A stretch of 64,000 nt of DNA from the human T2T-CHM13v2.0 reference genome, Homo sapiens. Where the stretch lies: the NCBI RefSeq assembly GCF_009914755.1, contig NC_060934.1; one strand, given 5' to 3'. How positions within the stretch are numbered: position 1 is the stretch's first letter; each line of letters begins with the position of its first letter. The translations under genes and the position numbers were made by a program. The notes beneath the pieces are model-generated. The model had not been told where the DNA came from and made no database searches. It saw only the letters and a program-made list of their open reading frames with translations. Of this stretch, positions 36,242 through 56,345 are shown one piece after another.

Positions 36242-38387
36242 TCGTGGCTGGCTCAAGGGCTTTCTGGATCCAGGGGCTTCCCCCAGGAGGAGCTGCATCT
36301 CCTCAAGGCCTGTCTGAGGACTCCAGGCCCTGGAAGGGTCTGGCTATAAGGGGTTGGGATCAGCAGCTCTCCCAGTTAAAACCAGAGAGTGTGGGTGGGA
36401 TGTGGCAGAGTGGGCAGTGTGGGGGTTTGATGGAGTTTTACACAGCCATACACCCATTTACCACTGCCCAGAAAAAGAGAATATTCCCATCACCTCAGAA
36501 AGCTCTTTCGAGACCCTTCCCAGCCACTACCATCTCCTCCAGAAGTGACCACCATTCTGGTTTCTAGCACCATCGATTCACTTTGTACTTCACTTTTTCT
36601 TTTTTTTCTTCTTTTTGAGACAAAGTCTTGCTCTATTGCCCAGGCTGGAGTACAGTGGCATGATCTCAGCTCACTGCCACCTCTGCCTCCGGGGTTCAGG
36701 TGATTCTCCTGCCTCAGCCTCCTGAATAGCAGGGACTACAGGTGCCCCCCACCATGCCCAGGTAATCTTTGTATTTTTAGTAGAGATGGGGTTTCACCAT
36801 GTTGGTTAGGCTGGTCTTGAACTCCTGACCTCAGGTGATCTGCCCGCCTTAGCCTCCCAAAGTGCTGGTATTACAGGCTTGAGCCACCGTGCCTGGCCCT
36901 ATCCTTCACTTTTGATTCCTTTGACACTTTGGAGTCTGAAAAGCATAATTTTGTGCGTATTTAGGGAGAAACTCACATTTATTGCCAGTCTTCCGGGCAT
37001 CCCTCTTGATATGCCCTTATAAAACCTCACAACATTTCTCCAGGGCAGGTGTTGGCTAGCTCCGTTTTCTAGAAAAGGAAGCGAAGGCTTACAGAGGTAA
37101 GAGAATTACCCAAGCTCACAGAACTGTTAGAAATAGAGGTACGAATCACACTTAGACCCTACCTAGGGCAGCGTCTACCCTGGAAGAGCCTATGCCTTTC
37201 CCCATCCCTCAGGGCCTCTGTGCTTTCCAAGTAATTCTGCTTCTTGTTTGTTTCCTGCCCCCTTAGCCCATCTTCTAAGCCCCTGTTGGCAGGGAGTGCC
37301 CCTTGCTGGTTTGGTAACCCCATAGGACTCCTCAGCGGGTGGCAGGATGTTCCCCCAGGTGGTGGATGAGGGTTTGCTCACTGCTGGTCCCTGCTGTGTG
37401 GAGTGTGCAGATGGTTGAGGCTTTTGTGCGTGGCTGGGAGGAAACAATGAGCCCCTGGGCAGCCAGCAAAAATGACACTGCAGGACTAATGCAGGCTCCG
37501 ATTTCGGCTGGAAGGAGGAGGACCTCAGTGAGTGGACAGAATGCCCACAGGCACGTTATGACTCAACACTGAGTAGCAGAGGGTTTCTTCAGCGCCTCTT
37601 GCTGGCTCCCTGTCAGGGCCATCTCACAGCAGGAATTCAGCTCTGAATGTGAGGCCTGGACCTGCTCCTGCTCTTGGGTGACCTGAGAGTTAAGCAGGCT
37701 AATGTAATGCCGCCGCCCTGAGCACGTGGCTGTTCTAATCTGAGAATGCCTGTCTGCCCATGTCCCCAAGGACACAGTGACACCCATGCCTTTCCTGTGT
37801 GCTGGAGGCCCTCCAAGGGCAGGGTCTCAGCAGGAGGGAGGCAGTTGATGGGCCTGAAAGGGCTAAACCAGGGTCAGCCACCTGGTGCCCACGCCTGCAC
37901 ACAAATAGAAACATCACAGAATTAATGGTCTGTTCTCTCAAAGTGCAGAGCAGCCCTCAGTATCTGTCCTTACTTTTGATTGATTCTGCAGCAGTAGAGA
38001 TTGTCCCCTGCAAGCTCATAGATTGTTAGCCTTTGGCGTTTGTTCGCCGTGCAGACAGCTGCCTCCGTCAGGAAAGATCACTCCCCTTCTTAAGAGTTGC
38101 CTTACACAGATATATGCAAATGACACTTATCAGTAGCTCCCCTCCTGGGAAAGGACCCTCGGTGCTCGGGGACTGTTAGGACTTCTGTTGCGCAGCCCAG
38201 CTTGCTGAGAGATGGCATTGCCCAGTGAGTGACTGGCCAGCCTTGTTGTCTGAAATAAGATCTTTCCTGTGGTACATCTGGAACTTGGCCTTCTCAAGGG
38301 TCCCAAAATAGCCAGGCCACTGAAGGGAGAACTTCAAGAGAGGACATAAGAGAAGGACCCCAACTGCTCCTTGCCCAAGCAGGCTCT

Positions 38388-38838
38388 GTTGCGTTGAAGA
38401 AAAAGTTCTTCAGTGATACTTGTTAAAGCACAGTCAGGAAGATTTATTCGGGGCCATCAAGATAGGCACAGGGACCACGGCAGTGGGGTCGTGCAGTCAT
38501 GGGTAGAGACTGGGCACAACTTCAAATACAACACGGGCGATTGGGAATTTATAGTCAAGGAGCAGTGTGGATGGAAAATTAGAAGAGGAAACATCAGGGC
38601 TAAGGGTGTTTCTGGCTATGCTGACCAAACAGGATTCTTGCCGAAGACAGGCCAGGGTGATTAGACAGCACCTGGAGGCTGTGGAAGCTGATCAGATAGT
38701 GAGGCTGGGGAGGGGGTTTCTGGCTAAACTGACTTAGCAGTGTCTTTTGCTAAAACTTGACTTTACAAGGAAGTGCACAGATGGGCCTAGGAGATGCTTC
38801 GGAAGCCTAAGATTTGGTCAAGCAGAGAATCTTTGTCA
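38388..38838 (-). mobile_element. MER31-like ERV1 solo LTR in intron 1
   Basis: Minus strand begins tgacaaagattctctgcttgaccaaa. Confidence 0.65.
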
Positions 38839-39352
38839 GTTGGCATCGTTAGGCGACACAGTTAACCCTGGGTGCCCCTCTCTCCCTATGCTGCCTCTGC
38901 ATCCCTGTCCTTCCCCTTCCTGCAAATTGTTCTAACAGTACTCCTGAGGAGGCAGCCCTCGCTCCCCAGCCCACTTCTCTGTAAAGATTCCCAAACTGTG
39001 TCCTGTGTTTGGGCCCAGTACAAGCTCTATATTGCTGGGAAATGTGAGGGCCTTTTTGGAAACAGAGACGCTTGCTGTAATGTAGAGGTTGGAGCTGACC
39101 CCTGCTCCTGGAGCTCATCTTCTGATCCGGGTCTCTGAAAATGCGGGCATGGGCAGCTCTCCTACACTCACCGCTTCCCTCAGTCACCCAGAAAAGAAAC
39201 CTGTCTTACCAGTTTGGAGAATTGGGACCTTTCCTTTGCTTAACAGATACTTTTGGCTTTCTCCTGATGCCCCTAATTCCTAAACTGTTGGCCAAATAGC
39301 AACCTCTATGGGGTGGGGGGTTTGGAGGGTACAGGGGCTGGGAGCTGGCTGA

Positions 39353-39922
<570 letters not shown>

Positions 39923-40689
39923 TAGCCTGCAGCATCAGAGGTCACCCAGCAGAGACAGGGTGATGGCCCCACATCATCCCCCAGCATCTCATAGGGCTGT
40001 TCTTCAGTGGGGCAGGGCAGGAATCATGTGGCTTCTTTTTGTAGCTAAGGAACGGCTCGGAAGGGCACACTGCAGCCTGCCTGCTCCAGATGCACACAGG
40101 TGGAGGGAGCAGAGCTGGGACCGGAAGCCTGGCCTGCCTTCTGGCGCCTAATTTCCATGCTCCTTATTCACACTGGGCTTTCTATTCAGAAGCACAGAGA
40201 TAGCTGTGCATTATTTTGTTCAGTTCAATGCTTATGGATAAATCTTAACCGCTTGTGGAGCTATGTTGACAGGAAAATGAGACCCCATGCCTGCCCTCAC
40301 CGTGCACCACAGTTTCAAAAGAAATAAGGAGTCAGGAAGGCAGCTGCTTTAAGACAGCATTTTAATCCTGAAGCCAAACATCTCAGGGATATGTCAATGG
40401 ATTCTGTGCATTAATAGCTAAAAAATAGTTCTTAATCTGGTTCTTAGCTGAGATTTGAGGCATTCCTAGTAGGATTCCTAAGCAGTAAGTCCTCTCATTT
40501 TCCTGTCTGCACATCATCCTGTGGTGTGTGCCAGCGTTGTTCCTGGGCACAAACTCCCGTGTCCTATCTGCACCCTGAGTCATGCTTGCCTCTCAGCTCC
40601 GTCTGAATCTGTTCAGCTTCACACCTGCTTGAGAGTGAAAGTTACAGTTAATGTGGGATACCTTTTTTCTTTTCTTAGAGAGGTAGTAC

Positions 40690-41710
<1,021 letters not shown>

Positions 41711-41789
41711 CCAGAGCTCTCAGTCTTAACCGCACATTTTGAAAATTGAAAATTACAGATAGGAGGTCTTACAATATGGATTGCCCTGA

Positions 41790-42404
<615 letters not shown>

Positions 42405-44300
42405 TGAGATTCGAGAAATTGCTAGGTATTAACAGAAATGCAGGACAGTTGCTCAGGCTGTGAACCCTCCGCACTCTGCAACTTTTGCTGGGCTGATCAT
42501 TGTGCATTGCGGCTGACTTAGAGCAGACGAAACAGCTTGGCAGAACTTACATACCTGGGACCAGCTTCCTTAGTGTCCACCACACCCTTTCAGGGCTCTT
42601 CACACCCCCATCCACACCGCAGCCACAGCCTCACCTTGGGTGTAGGCAGTGTGTCACCTTCCGCTCAGTTACCCACTCCACTCTGCGGGCCCATTCTGCT
42701 CATTCCCACCCCTGTGCCTTTGCCCATGCTGAACCCGCTCCCTGAAATGCCCGCACAGTATAGGTTCTCCCTGTCCTCTGAGGGACGAGCCAGTCTTGTC
42801 TCCTCCATGAAGCCTACTCATCCTTCTCATCTCATGATGCCTCATATGAGTCCCTTAATGAGAACTCCCAACTTGTATGAGTTCAACATGTCATTATTCG
42901 GGGCATTTCAGAAGTGTTCATTTTATCTCTTCAGCTTAGGGCTGAGCCTGACCACAGGGCCCATGTCTTAACCCCCCTCCTCCCTTTGTAATCAGGTACC
43001 ATGTGGTCTGGCTGAGGCATCAGCCAGCTATGGTGGATTGGAAGCCGTGCTGGCCTGGGGAAGGTTGTAGGCAGGGGTCTGGTTATCTTCCAGTGGAGAC
43101 ACAAGGTGCAGGTTCCTGGAAGAGGATGTCATTTAGTTTAAGCAGCTCACAGCTTAGCAGCAGGACAGTCAGCAGCCCTGGGCCCCCTGTGGCTGCAACT
43201 TGAGCAGCTGAATGCTACAGTTTTTAAAAAGGAAAGCCCCCCGTGAACAAATGTGGGATATTCTTTCATTACAAATGGTCACACTGGCCAGGGCCCTGGA
43301 ATAGAGCACCCTCATCTTAAAATGTTGTTTTATTTGGAAATAATTTCAATCTCATAGAAGAGTTGTGTGAATCATACAGAGCCCCACATATACTTCATCC
43401 AGTTCACTGTTTGTCAATATGTCTGCATTCGCCTTGTCATTTCTTCTCTCTTATATTATTGATGTGTTTTAACTGTTTGAAAATTAATTGCAGACATCAT
43501 GTCCCTTTTCCCCTGAATAGCAAATATTTTCCTAAGAGGAAGACATTCTCGTTCATAACCATGGTAGACTTACCAGATTCAGGAAATTTCACATTCTTAC
43601 AACATTATTATCCAGTACATTTTTGAATCTTTTTTATAGCAGTTTGCCCCCACTTCCAGGATGTCTTCCAGGACTGAAACAAGGATCATGAGCACCGCAT
43701 TTAGATGCAACTTCTCTTCAGTCTTCCCTCAGCCTTTCTTTGCTTTCACGGCCTTGACGGTTTTGAAGAGCACAGGCTGTGGAACACCCTCTCTAAAGTG
43801 TTTCTAAAGTCACTTCTTACACAGCCATTGCTGTTAGAACCTAGGAGGGGTGCGTGGTTGGGTTGTGAGTGGTAAGGGCCAAAGTTGCGAATGTCTGCAT
43901 TGGCGAAAGAGATTTGATGGAAAAGGAGGTTGCTGGAGTGTAGACAGCTACATCGATCCATACTTGGGTTCAGCAATCCTAGGAGGGTCCCATTTGTAGA
44001 GAGAGGGATATTTTCTCCACATCATTCCCATGTGTTTCTCATCATCAGTGAAATGATATTTCATCCTGTTTTTACCATTAACCGTGTTTGTGGTGACCTC
44101 CCTTTTAGAGCTGATTCAAAGTTCCCTTTTGGGAGGCTTTCCAGGATTTCACCAAACTGAATGTTATAGTGGAATTGAGTGTTTTAAGCTGGGAATAGTT
44201 TAGAAATAATATAGTCCAGTTATTTCCCAGTTGATGAAATTAGGGTGAGATTTTAAAAGAAGTGTTAGATATTCACTTACATGAATAAGAGCCAAGATAA

Positions 44301-45815
<1,515 letters not shown>

Positions 45816-46108
45816 CTATTTTCATTTTTGAAAATTTTATTGGGTTTCTTTTCATTGCCATTAAGAATACCATCTACAGAGAAATTCAGTGAGAGGTAAT
45901 AGACAAATAGCCTGGGGTGATCAATGGAAGCCTGACTAATGATTGGGTTACATACATGATTAATACCATGTTTTTATTTTGTAACAGCCATTGATTGACT
46001 TTGAAAATCTTTTATACTATTAAACTTTTTTTAAAAAGCCATTTCTCAGTTTTCTTTCTAATCTGTACTAGCTACAAACAATTTCTGTGACTTTCAGTCA
46101 GTTATTAA

Positions 46109-46954
<846 letters not shown>

Positions 46955-47092
46955 CCTCTGCCCTGTAAAAATCAGACTCGGAACCGATGTGTGCTTTAGG
47001 GAATTTTAAGTTGCATGCATTTCAGAGACTTTAAGTCAGTTGGTTTTTATTAGCTGCTTGGTATGCAGTAACTTGGGTGGAGGCAAAACACT

Positions 47093-47154
47093 AATAAAAG
47101 GGCTAAAAAGGAAAATGATGCTTTTCTTCTATATTCTTACTCTGTACAAATAAA
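47093..47154 (+). terminator. Candidate proximal polyadenylation signals in the BAG3 3'UTR
   Basis: AATAAA at 47093-47098 and 47149-47154. The second is preceded by TGTA and followed by ttgcttgttgtttg. Confidence 0.5.
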
Positions 47155-47463
47155 GAAGTTGCTTGTTGTTTGAGAAGTTTAACCCCGTTGCTTGTTCTGC
47201 AGCCCTGTCTACTTGGGCACCCCCACCACCTGTTAGCTGTGGTTGTGCACTGTCTTTTGTAGCTCTGGACTGGAGGGGTAGATGGGGAGTCAATTACCCA
47301 TCACATAAATATGAAACATTTATCAGAAATGTTGCCATTTTAATGAGATGATTTTCTTCATCTCATAATTAAAATACCTGACTTTAGAGAGAGTAAAATG
47401 TGCCAGGAGCCATAGGAATATCTGTATGTTGGATGACTTTAATGCTACATTTTAAAAAAAGAA

Positions 47464-47469
47464 AATAAA
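47464..47469 (+). terminator. BAG3 distal polyadenylation signal
   Basis: AATAAA followed about 20 nt later by a GU/U-rich tract (ggtttttgtggttt). Confidence 0.85.
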
Positions 47470-47799
47470 GTAATAATATAACTCAGAATGGTTTTTGTGG
47501 TTTCTAAATCTTTGAAAGCAGTGGCATCATGGAGATTGTCTGTCCCTGGTTTCAGTCAGAATAAATGACAGGTGCATTTAACAAGCCTGCTTTGGGTTTT
47601 GTGACGTCTCCAATAGCCCGGCTCAAGAGAGAATTGTCTTGGTCACCTTTCAGTCTCAGATTGCAACAGGAACCTGGGAAGACTCAGGGCTGTGAACTCC
47701 GGTAATGGGAACATGCCTGCTGCATCCGTTCGGACCGACCCAGCCAACAGCCAAGGTGCCAGTTAGGTAGCATGTCTGCCCACCTGTCCTCAGGCCTCA

Positions 47800-47997
<198 letters not shown>

Positions 47998-48374
47998 CTA
48001 CCAGGGATGCTGAGACGTGAAGATAGTTTAAGTCCAAGAGATGAGGCTGCCGTGAGCTGTGATCCCGCCACTGCACTCCAACCTGGGCAACAGAGTTGAG
48101 ACCCTGTCTCTAAAAATTAAAAAAGGAAGCGCACAGGGAAGCCAGCTCCCACTATTGCCCAAGGCTGGCCAAAGTGTTCCTTGGAGTCTAGGTCACTGGG
48201 GGTTGGAAATGTGCTCTGAGAATCTTGGGGTCATCTTTATTAACACCTTGTGAGTCACCAAACCAAACTGAGACCAGATTTATCTTCCTGGATTGGGTTC
48301 CTAGAAGCCTCTGGAGTTAGGGACGAGATACACTCAGGCCTGGGTAGAAGGAGATTCTTCTTGCTGTGCCAGTG

Positions 48375-48405
<31 letters not shown>

Positions 48406-51400
48406 CCTTGGGAGGGACCACAGCCCCACAGCATGGAGATGTGCTGGATTTGTTTATTTTTTATTTTTATTTTATTTATTTATTTAACTACTTGCCAAAT
48501 AAAGTGAAAAGAGAAAGGCCTGAGACCTTGGAACTCTCAGTGAAGTGCTGACTTAAGAGCCCCCGAGCTGAATTTCTCATGACTGTATTGAGTTTAATAC
48601 TGGTGCCTGACGATGCTGCACAAAAATACACCCTGGTGTGCTTGCCACTGTTAGCCTGCTGAGGAAGGCTGAAGTCATTCCCATGGGAATCTGCCAACAT
48701 CATTCCTGGGTGAACTCATTTGGGGAGTACAAGCCGACATGCCACTGATTCTAGAAACTCGAACATGTAAATAGGAAAAAAAAAAAAAAATACTAGACTA
48801 TTTTAAAAATGAACCAGGCTGGGTGCAGTGGCTCATTCCCGTAATCCCAGCACTTTGGGAGGCCGAGGCGGGTGGATTACTTGAGGTCAAGAGTTCGAGA
48901 CCAGCCTGGCAAACATGGTGAAACCCCACCTCTACTAAAAATACAAAAATTAGCCGGGCGTGGTGGCATGCACCTATACTCCCAGCTACTTGGGAGGCTG
49001 AGGCACGAGAATTGTTTGTACCTGGGAGGCAGATGTTGCAGTGAGCCGAGATCACGCCACTATACTGCAGCCTGAGCAACAGAGTGAGACTCGATCTCAA
49101 AAAAAAAAAAAAAAGAACCAAAGATGATGTGACCACTTCTCTTTGGGACTCAATGGACCTCATACGACGTTAAGCCTCCTTGAGTGGTTACTGGATTAGG
49201 TTGATAGTATTTTTATCACTAAACATCATCAAATAAGTAGCTGTTTAATGTGGTTGGAATATTTTCAATCATCCAAATGAGACATGCTGTGGGCATCAGG
49301 ACGGGAGTTATCTGGCCTGTGTTGGTGGCCCCTGGGCCTTGTGTGGGGAGCAGGGCATAGAGCTAGCTGTACGCTCTTGGTGACACAACTGTCTTGGCCC
49401 CTGTAGGCATTGGGGGGCTACAGCCACTGAGCATCTACCGAGTGTCAGGGCTATTTCCTGCGATGCCTGCTCAGGCCCTCTCTATCTGCTTTTCCAAATC
49501 TTCCGACTCCATTTTTTTTTTTTTTTTTTTTTTGAGATGGAGTCTTACTCTGTCGCCCAGGCTGGAGTGCAGTGATGCAATCTCAGCTCACTGAAACCTC
49601 TGCCTCCCGGGTTCAAGCGATTGTCCTGTCTCAGCCTCCCGAGCAGCCGGGATTATAGGTGTGCGTCACCCCGGCTAATTTTTGTATTTTTTAGTAGAGA
49701 TGGTTTTTTGCCATGTTGGCCAGGCTAGGCTAGTCTTGAACTCCTGACCTCAAGTGATCTGCCCACCTCGGCCTCCCAAGTGCTGGGATTACAGCTGTGA
49801 GCCACCATGCCCAGCCTCCAGATCTTCCCACTCTGAGGCCCGCCTTGGGTTGAAACTTTCCCCACCTGGACCACGCATTCCTTCTCAGACTCTCCCTTCC
49901 CAAAGCTCCTAGCACCCTTCTGTGCATTTGCCAAAACCCAGTTGTTTTCTCAACATCCTGAGTCATTTCCTCAGCAAGACAGAATCCCCGGAGGGGTGGC
50001 AGGTTCATTCCGACACTTCCTTCTTCCCACATTGTTGTCCAGACCTGGGCACAGAAGCACCCTGGATGGTCAGGGAGTGCTTAAAAGTCCCTTCCACTTA
50101 AGATGTTAGGATTCTAAGGCTAAATTGATGTTCCTGCACAAATAAATACCTCTTTAGGAGCTGTGAGTTGAGGGCCAACTCTTTCACCAACTTTCATAAT
50201 TCCCAGATATGTAATTTATTTAAGTTAATTTATGTAAGTAATTTCCTCTCTCTGTGCCCTTTGCTCTCATCTGTGAAAGGAGGGCCTTGCCCAAGGGCCC
50301 TCTTGGTGATCTGGATGTTTCTGGCAGGTCTGCACTTGGCTACTGTTGTGGTCTCTGCCTTGGTATTTCTCCCTTAGCAGCCTAGCCAGGAAGCATAGCG
50401 TGGAGCTCCATTATGGGCTGTGCGGTCCTGCAAGCCCCTGTGTGAGTGTGGCTGGCCGGCCTGCCCACTGTCTGTAACATTATACAAATGTAATCGAATG
50501 CCAACGGACAGGATCCAGGGTTGCAGTTATTTTGGGATGTGCAGGAGCCTGTGGGAAAACGCTGGAACATGTCTTAGTCACTTGGGCAAATACCTTTCTT
50601 TCCCTGTTCCAGCGTGTTTTGAACTTTCAGGCAGCACAAAAAAAGCTCCAGCAGGCACACCCACCCTTGGTGATTCCGGTGCCCTTACACATCCTGTGGC
50701 TCTGAAAAGTGTGAGTGCAGAGGGCTGAGAGCGGGGCTGGGGAAGCCCTAGACACCCACCTATGGAAAAAATTGTAGCGCTTCCCTCAATACGTAATTCA
50801 AAATAAAAACAACAAAAGAAACGTAAGGAAGATGTGCAATTCCCACTTTATACTTTGTTGCTTCCTAAAAATTGTAAAATTTCCTCCACTCATGCGTATG
50901 TGCGCTTGGCCAGGTCCCTGCCTTCCTGGTACTCTGTTGTCCAGCACTACCCAGTAAGAACCACTGGAGACCAGGAAGAGCTCCATCAGTCCCCGCGGAG
51001 CATCTGAGCAGGTGAGGAGGTACAGGACCACAACAGAGGGCAGCAGAAGCCAGCAATGGTGCCATCCTGCGCTTGGTGGAAGGGATGAGGAGGCAGCCAC
51101 AGGTCCTCTCGATGGACAGTGTTGCCCCCGCACCTCACACGTGGGCCCAGAGTTCCTGGTGCAACTAGAAGCCAGCCTGAAGGTGTGAAGGGAGTTGGAA
51201 AAAGCATTCCAGATGGAAAGGGTCTTTTTCTAAAACATTTTCTTGCCTGTCCTTGCCTTCTCTAGCCAGAGCTTTGCCCTAGGATCTGGCCGGCTGCATG
51301 GAGGCTGAGGAAGTTCTCCTCTAGTTTGAAGAGGGGAAATCCTTCTGCCAGCCCCTCACTCACTGTCTTCCACTTCATCTCTTTCTCTCTCCAATGGCTC

Positions 51401-51610
51401 TTTTCTTGTCCTTAGCCTACAGAAAACACAAACCAAAAAGAAATGCTTCCTCCTCACTTTACCCCCTGCCCCCACTTTTCTTTTTCTTTTTCTTTTTGAG
51501 ACAGAGTATTGCTCTGTTGCCCAGGCTGGAGTGAAGTAGTGCAATTTTGGCTCACTGCAACCTCTGCTTCCGAAGTTCAAGCAGTTCTCCCACCTCAGCC
51601 TCCCGAGTAG

Positions 51611-52559
<949 letters not shown>

Positions 52560-52639
52560 TACTGTTCACACTCACCGGTTCTCCAGCTTCCTCCTCCCAG
52601 ACCCCAGTCATCTCTGGGTCTGTTTCTGATACCCTCTTT

Positions 52640-53524
<885 letters not shown>

Positions 53525-53916
53525 CTGGTACCCTCTTTCTCCTGAATGCCAAACTTATCTATGCCTACAGGGCACACAGAAAGGTGAGCATTCAGCTGAT
53601 ATCCTCTAGGAACCTGGAATTCAAATCCTGGGGTCCCCTCAGGGATCCCCCAGCACTGAGTCAGCTCTATCCCAGCACAAGCCTTCCACAAGGTGCGATC
53701 CCACAGTTCACAGAGGCCAGCCAGGTGGAGGATTGACAGAGCCAAGCTGTCACAAGTTGGATGTAGTCTGGGGGCAGAGCCAGGGACTGATGCTTGGCCC
53801 CACGCAGCAATTGTCATGTGGGGCATTGGTCCAGCGTTACAAGAGATTTCCAATTTTCCAGAAAGACCAGAAATTTGTTCCTGTGAAATCTCTCAATTTT
53901 TAATTTTTTTTTTTAA

Positions 53917-54240
<324 letters not shown>

Positions 54241-54686
54241 TGAACCCTTTAAAAAAATGTTTATGTCACTTTTCACTCAGGGCAATGAGTGCTTACTTGC
54301 CCTACATTTTCATAACCAAAAGAGTACACACAAGACTCTTGTCTAAATGTGACTGTTCTCAGCCAACTCTGTCCACCCTCTGACACTGAAGTAGCTGACA
54401 TAATTTAAAAATGTCTCCCAAAAGGTGCCCAGTTTCATTAACATTTTTTGGAGATAATTTTGACTAATTATTGGGTCACAAATTTCCTTCAGACAAAAAA
54501 AGACAAAAAGTCCCATTATCCCAAATATATACCTTTCAAACCCTTAGGATTTAAAAATACTAAAAACATGGTAACTTCTCCATGTTTGTTTTTTGTTCCT
54601 TATATTTCACTCTAACGATCAAGATACAAGAAAATACATAGAGGCGATCGATATCTCAGCTACCCTGATTTGATCCTATGCATTTA

Positions 54687-55046
<360 letters not shown>

Positions 55047-55559
55047 CTAAAAAAAAAAAAAAGTAAGAAATTAACAAACAAAAGAAAATATATTGTTTAA
55101 AAATAAAATTACATTTCATAATTATTGCACGAACAGATTTAAGGATAAAGTTTCCAGTTAGAATGAAAGAGAGAAGGCATGTGTTTACAAACAAGCACGA
55201 GGCCCAAGAATAACTTACTGATTAGTATAAAATGTAAATGGTTGATTTTGCACAAATGCGATTTTTCTTTCTTTCTTTTTTATTTTTTTGTGGTCCACTG
55301 GAATGAGAAACTCAAAATCTTTCTTTAGAGCTAAGGCTTTTTTCTTCAATCGACTTCCTCAGGTTGAAAGGAGTTAAGGCTTTACCAAAGCAATTTGAAG
55401 GTTTGAAATCTCCAGGGAGATTGATTTATGAGTACAGTACACGTTAAGGCTACCTCTGACCTTGGCAGATTGTGGCTGTTAAATTAGGCCCTGGAGTCCT
55501 GAGACAGGGGCTCTTCATCTTAGCCTCCTAGCCTCCTTAGTATCTCACTGTGTGTCAGC

Positions 55560-55656
55560 AATTCCATGAATCCCATTGGATTCATGAAATTTCATTCATG
55601 GAATTGGATTCCTACTCATGGAATTTAATGTAATTCCATTGGATTCATGGAATTCC
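55560..55656. repeat. Nested inverted-repeat cluster
   Basis: AATTCCATGAATCC (55560-55573), with reverse complements at 55578-55591 (1 mismatch) and 55641-55654 (exact). Confidence 0.85.
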
Positions 55657-55875
55657 ACTTCAGTTCTGTGATTCTCAGTAATATTTCTTTCTTTTTTTTT
55701 TTTTTTTTTTTTTTTGAGACAAGGTTCCTCTCTGTCACCCAGTCTGGAGTGCAGTGGCACGACTTAAGCTCACTGCAACCTCCGTTGGCCTCCCTGGCTC
55801 AAGCAATTCTCTTGCCTCAGCTTCCCCAGTAGTTGGGCACCACCATGCCCGGCTACTTTTCGCATTTTTCGGTAG

Positions 55876-55998
<123 letters not shown>

Positions 55999-56331
55999 TG
56001 ATTCTTTGGAGTGCCATGGCGCCATCTCGGCTCACTGCACCTCCGCCTCCCGGGTTCAAGCGATTCTCCTGCCTCAGCCTCCTGAGTAGCTGGTATACAG
56101 GTGTGTGCCACGACGTCAAGCTGATTTTTGTTATTTTACCTGAGACGGGGTTTCACCATATTGGCCAGGCTGGTCTCAAACTCCTGGCCTCAAGTGATCC
56201 ACCTGCCTCGGCCTCCCAAAGTGCTGGGGCTACAGGTGTGAGCCACCACACCAGGCCTCAGGTCTGAGGTTCCTAATTCAGGACTCACCCGCACTAATTG
56301 AAACCTGAGGTGAGGGATTTCTCCTCGCTGA

Positions 56332-56345
56332 CCAGTAGGGGGCGC
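56332..56345 (+). promoter_or_regulatory. CTCF core motif
   Basis: CCAGTAGGGGGCGC matches CCASYAGRKGGCRS exactly and sits in a small patch that retains CpGs. Confidence 0.75.

Noticed and set aside
35931-36349. ORFs with heptad repeats (CSARCMR / VLSEMHE)
   Set aside because: By-product of the 21-bp VNTR; no splice or start evidence.
40418-40428. MEF2-like ctaaaaaatag in intron 2
   Set aside because: One A too many for YTAWWWWTAR.
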